64,000 nt of DNA from Verrucomicrobiales bacterium (GTDB taxonomy: Bacteria > Verrucomicrobiota > Verrucomicrobiia > Limisphaerales > JAYPEY01). Made by a program: the position numbers and the translations under genes. The notes under the pieces were generated by a model that did no database searches, was not told where the DNA came from, and worked only from the letters and a program-made list of their open reading frames with translations. Shown in pieces: positions 59,228 through 64,000 of the stretch; position 1 is the stretch's first letter; every line of letters starts with the position of its first letter. The stretch is taken from NCBI GenBank assembly GCA_038126235.1, contig JAYPFK010000034.1:17906-81905 (forward strand), read 5' to 3'.

Positions 59228-61360
59228 ATGTTAGCATTCGCACAAGAAGTCGCCCTGTTTGGCGTCGGGAGCATCGTTGTTGTTGTGATGGGCTTTGCCG
59301 CGCTGTCGCGGTTCTACCGGAAGGTTGAACAGGGCGAGGCGTTGGTCAGGAACGGCGTGGGAGGCACGGTCGTGTCGTTTACCGGCAAGTTCGTCATTCC
59401 CATCATGCACAAGGTGGAGTTCATGGACATTTCCGTGAACCGACTCGAGGTGTCTCGAATGGGCAAGGACGGGCTGATCTGCAAAGACAACATGCGGGCG
59501 GACATCCAGGTGAACTTCTTCATCCGGGTGAACAAGACGCCGGCGGATGTCATTGCGGTGGCCACCACGATCGGTTGCGAACGCGCCTCGGACATCAACG
59601 CGATCCGGGACCTGTTCGACGCCAAGTTTTCGGAGGCCCTGAAGACCGTCGGTCGCCAGTTCGACTTCATCGAGCTCTATGATTCCCGCGAAAGCTTCCG
59701 CGACCAGATCATCAAGATCATCGGCACCGACCTGAACGGTTATGTGCTGGAGGATGCCGCCATCGACTACCTGGAGCAGACCAAGATCGAGGACCTGAAT
59801 CCCGAGAACATCCTCGACGCCGAGGGCATCAAGAAGATCACCGATTTGACCGCCGCGCAGGCAAAGCTCACCAACCAGATCGAGCGCGACAAGCAGAAGA
59901 TCATCAAGCAGCAGGACGTCGAGGCCCGCGAGGCGATCCTCGAACTGGAACGTCAGCAGGCCGAGGCTGAGCAGAAGCAGGCCCGCGAGATTGCCACCGT
60001 CACCGCCCGGGAACAGGCGGAGGCGAAGAAGGTCGAGCAGGAGCAGCGGCAGAAGGCTGAGCAGGCCCGGATCGCCGCCGAAGAGGAGATCAATATCGCG
60101 GAGCAGAACAAGGACCGGCAGATCATCGTCGCCCGTAAGAACAAGGAGCGCACCGACGCCGTCGAGACCGAGCGCGTCGAGAAGGACCGCTTGCTGGAGG
60201 TCACCGAACGCGAGCGTATCGTCACCCTGGCCCAGATCGAGAAGGACAAGGCGGTCGAGGTCGAGCAGAAGAAGATCCAGGACGTGATCCGCGAGCGGGT
60301 GATGGTCGAGAAGGCCGTCGTCGCCGAGAAGGAGAAGATCAAGGACACCGAGGCCTTCGCGCAGGCCGATCGCGCCAAGCAGGTCAAGATCACCGCCGCC
60401 GAGATGGAGGCCCAGGACCAGTTGATCCGCGAGACCAAGGCGGCTGAGGCCGCCAAGCGCGCCGCGGAACTGGCCGCCGACCAGGATGCCTACACGGTGG
60501 TCAAGAAGGCGGAGGCCGCCAAGACCGCCGCCGAGCGCGAGGCGGAGCAGATCGTCATCAAGGCGGACGCCGAGCAGGAGGCCGCCGAACGCCAGGCGAA
60601 CGCGAAGAAGCAGTTGGCCGAGGCCACGACCGCTGAAACCGCGGCTCCGGGACTGGGCGAGGCCCAGGTCATCACTGCCAAGGCGGGAGCCATCGAGAAG
60701 CAGGGCACGGCCGAAGCCAAGGTCACCGAGTTGAAGTTGGCTGCCGAGGCCTCCGGCACGGAGAAGAAACTGTCAGCCGAGGCCGCGGGCGCCGAACGGA
60801 AGTTTGCCGCGGACGCCAAGGGCATCACCGAGAAGGCCGAGGCCATGAAACTGTTCGACGGCGTGGGCCGCGAACACGAGGAATTCAAGCTGCGACTGAA
60901 CAAGGACCTGCAGGTCGAACTGGCCCAGATCAACATCCAGAAGGACATCGCGGCCGAGCAGGCCAAGGTCCTGGGCGAGGCCCTCAAGTCGTCGAACATC
61001 GACATTGTCGGCGGCGATCAGGTGTTCTTCGACAAGATCGTCAACTCCATCACCGCCGGTAAACAGGTGGATCGCCTGATCGGCAACAGCGAGACCCTCG
61101 TCGATGTGAAGGAAACCTTCTTCAACGGCGATGGCGACTACTTCCAGGATCAGGTGAAGGCCTTCATCGACAAGTTCGGCCTGTCTTCCGATGACCTGAA
61201 GAACCTGTCCATCTCCGCGGCCTTGGGCCAGTTGATGGCCGCAGCCGAGGACGGACAGTCCAAAGGCGCCATCGGGCGCCTGATGGAGATCGCCGAGAAG
61301 GCAGGGTTGAAAGACAAGCCGGTTTCGACGCTGCTGAAGGGTGCGAAGGCGAAGAAGTGA
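59228..61360 (+). CDS. Flotillin-family SPFH/band-7 protein (YqiK-like) with a long A/E/K-rich coiled coil
   Basis: N-terminal TM, an SPFH core 'KVEFMDISVNRLEV..GLICKDNMRADIQVNFF', and an extended 'AEAEQKQAREIA' coiled coil. 710 aa. Confidence 0.85.
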   Translation: MLAFAQEVALFGVGSIVVVVMGFAALSRFYRKVEQGEALVRNGVGGTVVSFTGKFVIPIMHKVEFMDISVNRLEVSRMGKDGLICKDNMRADIQVNFFIRVNKTPADVIAVATTIGCERASDINAIRDLFDAKFSEALKTVGRQFDFIELYDSRESFRDQIIKIIGTDLNGYVLEDAAIDYLEQTKIEDLNPENILDAEGIKKITDLTAAQAKLTNQIERDKQKIIKQQDVEAREAILELERQQAEAEQKQAREIATVTAREQAEAKKVEQEQRQKAEQARIAAEEEINIAEQNKDRQIIVARKNKERTDAVETERVEKDRLLEVTERERIVTLAQIEKDKAVEVEQKKIQDVIRERVMVEKAVVAEKEKIKDTEAFAQADRAKQVKITAAEMEAQDQLIRETKAAEAAKRAAELAADQDAYTVVKKAEAAKTAAEREAEQIVIKADAEQEAAERQANAKKQLAEATTAETAAPGLGEAQVITAKAGAIEKQGTAEAKVTELKLAAEASGTEKKLSAEAAGAERKFAADAKGITEKAEAMKLFDGVGREHEEFKLRLNKDLQVELAQINIQKDIAAEQAKVLGEALKSSNIDIVGGDQVFFDKIVNSITAGKQVDRLIGNSETLVDVKETFFNGDGDYFQDQVKAFIDKFGLSSDDLKNLSISAALGQLMAAAEDGQSKGAIGRLMEIAEKAGLKDKPVSTLLKGAKAKK

Positions 61361-61403
61361 CCCGAGTCGTCCCGGCCTGCGACTGACAGCAAGTTGCCAC
61401 GAT

Positions 61404-61429
61404 GGGGACGCCTCGAACGGGGCGTCCCC
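61404..61429 (+). terminator. GC-rich hairpin downstream of the flotillin gene, with no T-tract
   Basis: 'ggggacgcc-tcgaacgg-ggcgtcccc', a 9-bp stem. Confidence 0.35.
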
Positions 61430-61580
61430 ACCATGGGCGGCCGGGAATCCGGAAGGATTGAATGCTGCACGCCATGAATAGTGTGATGCGCCAGACGCCC
61501 TTGGGCAGGACGCATGCCCCCGTTTCGCGCGTGTCTCCGCGACCAAGTGCCAATCACATGTTTCCAATCACCAACCTGAT

Positions 61581-64000
61581 CCATGCCTGAGGAACCTGAC
61601 ATTCAAGAGGGTCAGCAGACGCCGGAGGGCGGCGAGCAGGCTGTGCTGGAGGGCGGCACCTACGAGATCATTCGGAGCCGCCTCAACGCCCAGGCCAAGG
61701 ACCTGCGTGATCGCGTCGGGAAGCTGAATGACGCCCGCAAGGACGTCTTTGGCGCCATCCCGACGACGCTCATCGCCACCGAGCGCATCACCACGGTGAA
61801 CAACTGCGTCCCGCGCGACATGATCGCCATCGGGAAGGGGCGTTTCCTGTTCGGTTACAACGTCCGCTTCGGCCTGAAGACCGAGACCAAGCTGGAGGAT
61901 GTTCTCGCCGGCTACCACTACAATGCGGAGGATCACACCTTCGCCGAGATCCCGCTGGATTTCATCGGCGACGAACGCTTCCACAGCGATTTCGCCCAGC
62001 TCTACAAGTACTACAAGAAGACGGCCTTCGTTAAGTTCTCCAAGATCGGACCGAACCTCTTCATGGTCTTCCGGATCGGTGACGCGGTCACCGACATCAA
62101 GACCTTCAAGTGGGCGTTCCAGGATGGGGAGTTGCACTACGTCGGCAATCGGAGCGACCACGAGTTCGTTTATCCGCCGCAGCACGAGTTCGAATGGACC
62201 CGCACCCATCGCGACCTGCATCGCGCCGGCGAGCATCCGCACATCTCCATTGAGGATCGTGTGTTTGTCGAGTGTGTCGGCGGCGACCTGACCATCAAGA
62301 TCGAGGACAACACCTCCAGCGGGGAGGGGATCTACCAGGAGCCGGTCGATGAAAAAGACCAGACTTTGGACGACGCCGAGATCTTTTACGCGGTTGTCGG
62401 CAACCTGATCCTGCTCAAGATTCGCCCCTACCAGGAAAGCCAATGGCGGCACTTCGTCTTCAACGAGAAGCTGAGCGAGGTGAAGCGCATCGACGCCATC
62501 GAGCATTCCTGCATCCTGCTGCCGGACGACCAGGGCATCATCTTCTCGAATGGCTACTACCTGCAGTTGGGCGAGTTCAAGCAGTTCCCCAGCGACCTGC
62601 GAGACATGATGTTCGAGCGGCGCACCCAGGCGCCCAACGGGGAGGATCACCTCTACGTGTTCTACAACCGTCGCGACGGCGTCTACATGCTGATGTCCTA
62701 CAACATCATCGCGCAGCAGGTGGAATCTCCGATCGTCTGCCACGGCTTCACCACCTTCGACAACGGGGAGTTGGCCTACTTCAAGTCCGCGGACGATCCG
62801 CAGAAGCACCACACCATCCAGGTCTGGCGGACGCCCTACGTCGCCACGGAGCAGGTGGTCGTGGAGAAGCAGGACTCGCATCTCTACAAGATAGGCAACC
62901 CCTCCATCGTGCGCTGCATGTCCGAATGCCAGGAGATCCTGACGCTGCTCGGCAAGGAGGACACCTACGCGGACCTCTACATCGACATTGTCAAGAAGGC
63001 CGCCGACATCGTGGACGCCTATTTCTGGGTGGATCACGCGGAGGCGTTCAACCTCAAGGAGACGCTGAACGCCATCAAGGACGCGGCGGCCGGCGCCATC
63101 GATGAATTCGAGAAGGTCAAGCGGCTCAAGAAGAATGCCGCCGACCAGCTCAAGGCGATCTCCGCCAAGGGCCGCAAGCTGCTGGATGAGATCTCCTATG
63201 GGCAACTCGGCTCGATCAACGACTTCGTGGAGCAGCTCGCCGGCTTGCGCACGGTGCGCGGCGAACTGATTTCGCTCAAGGAGGTCCGCTACATGGATCT
63301 CGCGGCGGTCGAGGCGTTGGAGGTCGAGGTCAGCGAGCGGGCGGAGGAGCTTTCCAACCGTTGTGTCGAATTTCTGCTCCAGGAGGACGCGCTCAGTCCC
63401 TACGAGGAGAAGGTCAAGGGACATGAGGCCGAGATCGAAAAGCTGACCAAGGTCACCGAGGCCAGGGAATTGGAGGAGGCGATCGTCAAGACCGGGCAGG
63501 AGCTGGAGATGCTGATCGAGATCGTCAGCAACCTGAAGATCGAGGACGCCACCCAGACGACCCGGATCATCGACAACATCTCGGCGATCTACGCGCCGCT
63601 GAACCAGATCAAGGCGACCCTGAAACGCCGCAGACTGGACCTGCAAAAGGTCGAAGGCGCGGCGCAGTTCACTGCGCAACTGCGCCTGCTGGACCAGAGC
63701 GTCGTCAACTACCTGGAGATCTGCGACACGCCGGACAAGTGCGAGGAGTATCTCACCAAGATCATGATCCAGCTTGAGGAGCTGGAGGGGAAATTCGCGG
63801 ATTTCGACGACTACATCCTGCAGCTCTCCGAGAAGCGCGACGAACTCTACTCCGCGTTTGAAAGCCGGAAGCTCGCCCTGGTTGAGGCGCGGAACAAGAA
63901 GGCGACCACGCTCATGTCCGCCGCGGAACGGATCCTCAAGGGCATCCAGCATCGCGTGGAGAACATGGAGTCGATCAACGACATCAACGGCTACTACGCC
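61581..64000 (+). CDS. Large hypothetical protein, 3'-partial at the window end: predicted beta-propeller N-terminal region plus an extended coiled-coil region
   Basis: The ATG at 61581 opens a frame with no stop through 64000 and strong GC3 bias. The ORF track omits it because it lacks a stop. Repetitive roughly 45-aa beta units ('FMVFRIGDAVTD', 'VFVECVGGDLTIKIED', 'LYVFYNRRDGVYMLMSYN') are followed by heptad-rich sequence. Confidence 0.7.

Noticed and set aside
61568-63952. 794-aa minus-strand ORF from the six-frame track
   Set aside because: Its translation is L/D/R/V/G/Q-rich with no motifs. The opposite plus-strand frame from the ATG at 61581 has strong GC3 codon bias and a protein-like, diverse composition. 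The minus ORF is an antisense shadow of a plus-strand gene that lacks an in-window stop.

Overview
This is a 64 kb high-GC (about 65%) bacterial chromosomal segment with strong GC3 codon bias. The gene content suggests a Verrucomicrobia- or Planctomycetes-like genome: giant NHL/delta-60/RCC1 surface proteins, a TM-spermidine-synthase-TPR fusion, tandem PilT ATPases and a squalene-hopene cyclase. About two thirds is housekeeping: acnA, nadK, tlyA, trxB, hisB, gyrB-gyrA, fbaA, ychF, shc, and an ECF sigma/anti-sigma pair. Accessory and signalling modules are interleaved with these. (1) A 764-aa RyR-TPR-SLOG(DprA/LOG-like)-class III nucleotide cyclase fusion with non-canonical specificity residues lies between an orphan ParA and a MacB-type ABC exporter. 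(2) A zinc-ribbon ExbB/TolQ/MotA-like channel is followed by two elongated ExbD/TolR-like paralogs and a translationally coupled Cys-rich LuxR regulator, next to a truncated Ser/Thr kinase remnant. (3) A YqiJ(NfeD-like)-flotillin pair is followed by a large beta-propeller plus coiled-coil protein that the ORF track misses, because it runs off the window end and is masked by an antisense shadow ORF. (4) A 1.9k-aa multi-domain surface protein is present. (5) One intact vapBC pair and one decayed RHH/PIN pair are present. (6) A DsrEFH/TusBCD-like trio is divergent from shc. (7) There is a cytochrome c/PHM-like copper monooxygenase/EF-hand fusion. Non-coding features include a roughly 230-bp intergenic region with 80-nt-arm imperfect palindromes between trxB and a rhodanese gene, a perfect 26-bp inverted repeat between convergent genes, and a clean rho-independent terminator upstream of gyrB. 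No rRNA, tRNA, CRISPR array, transposase or integrase was seen.
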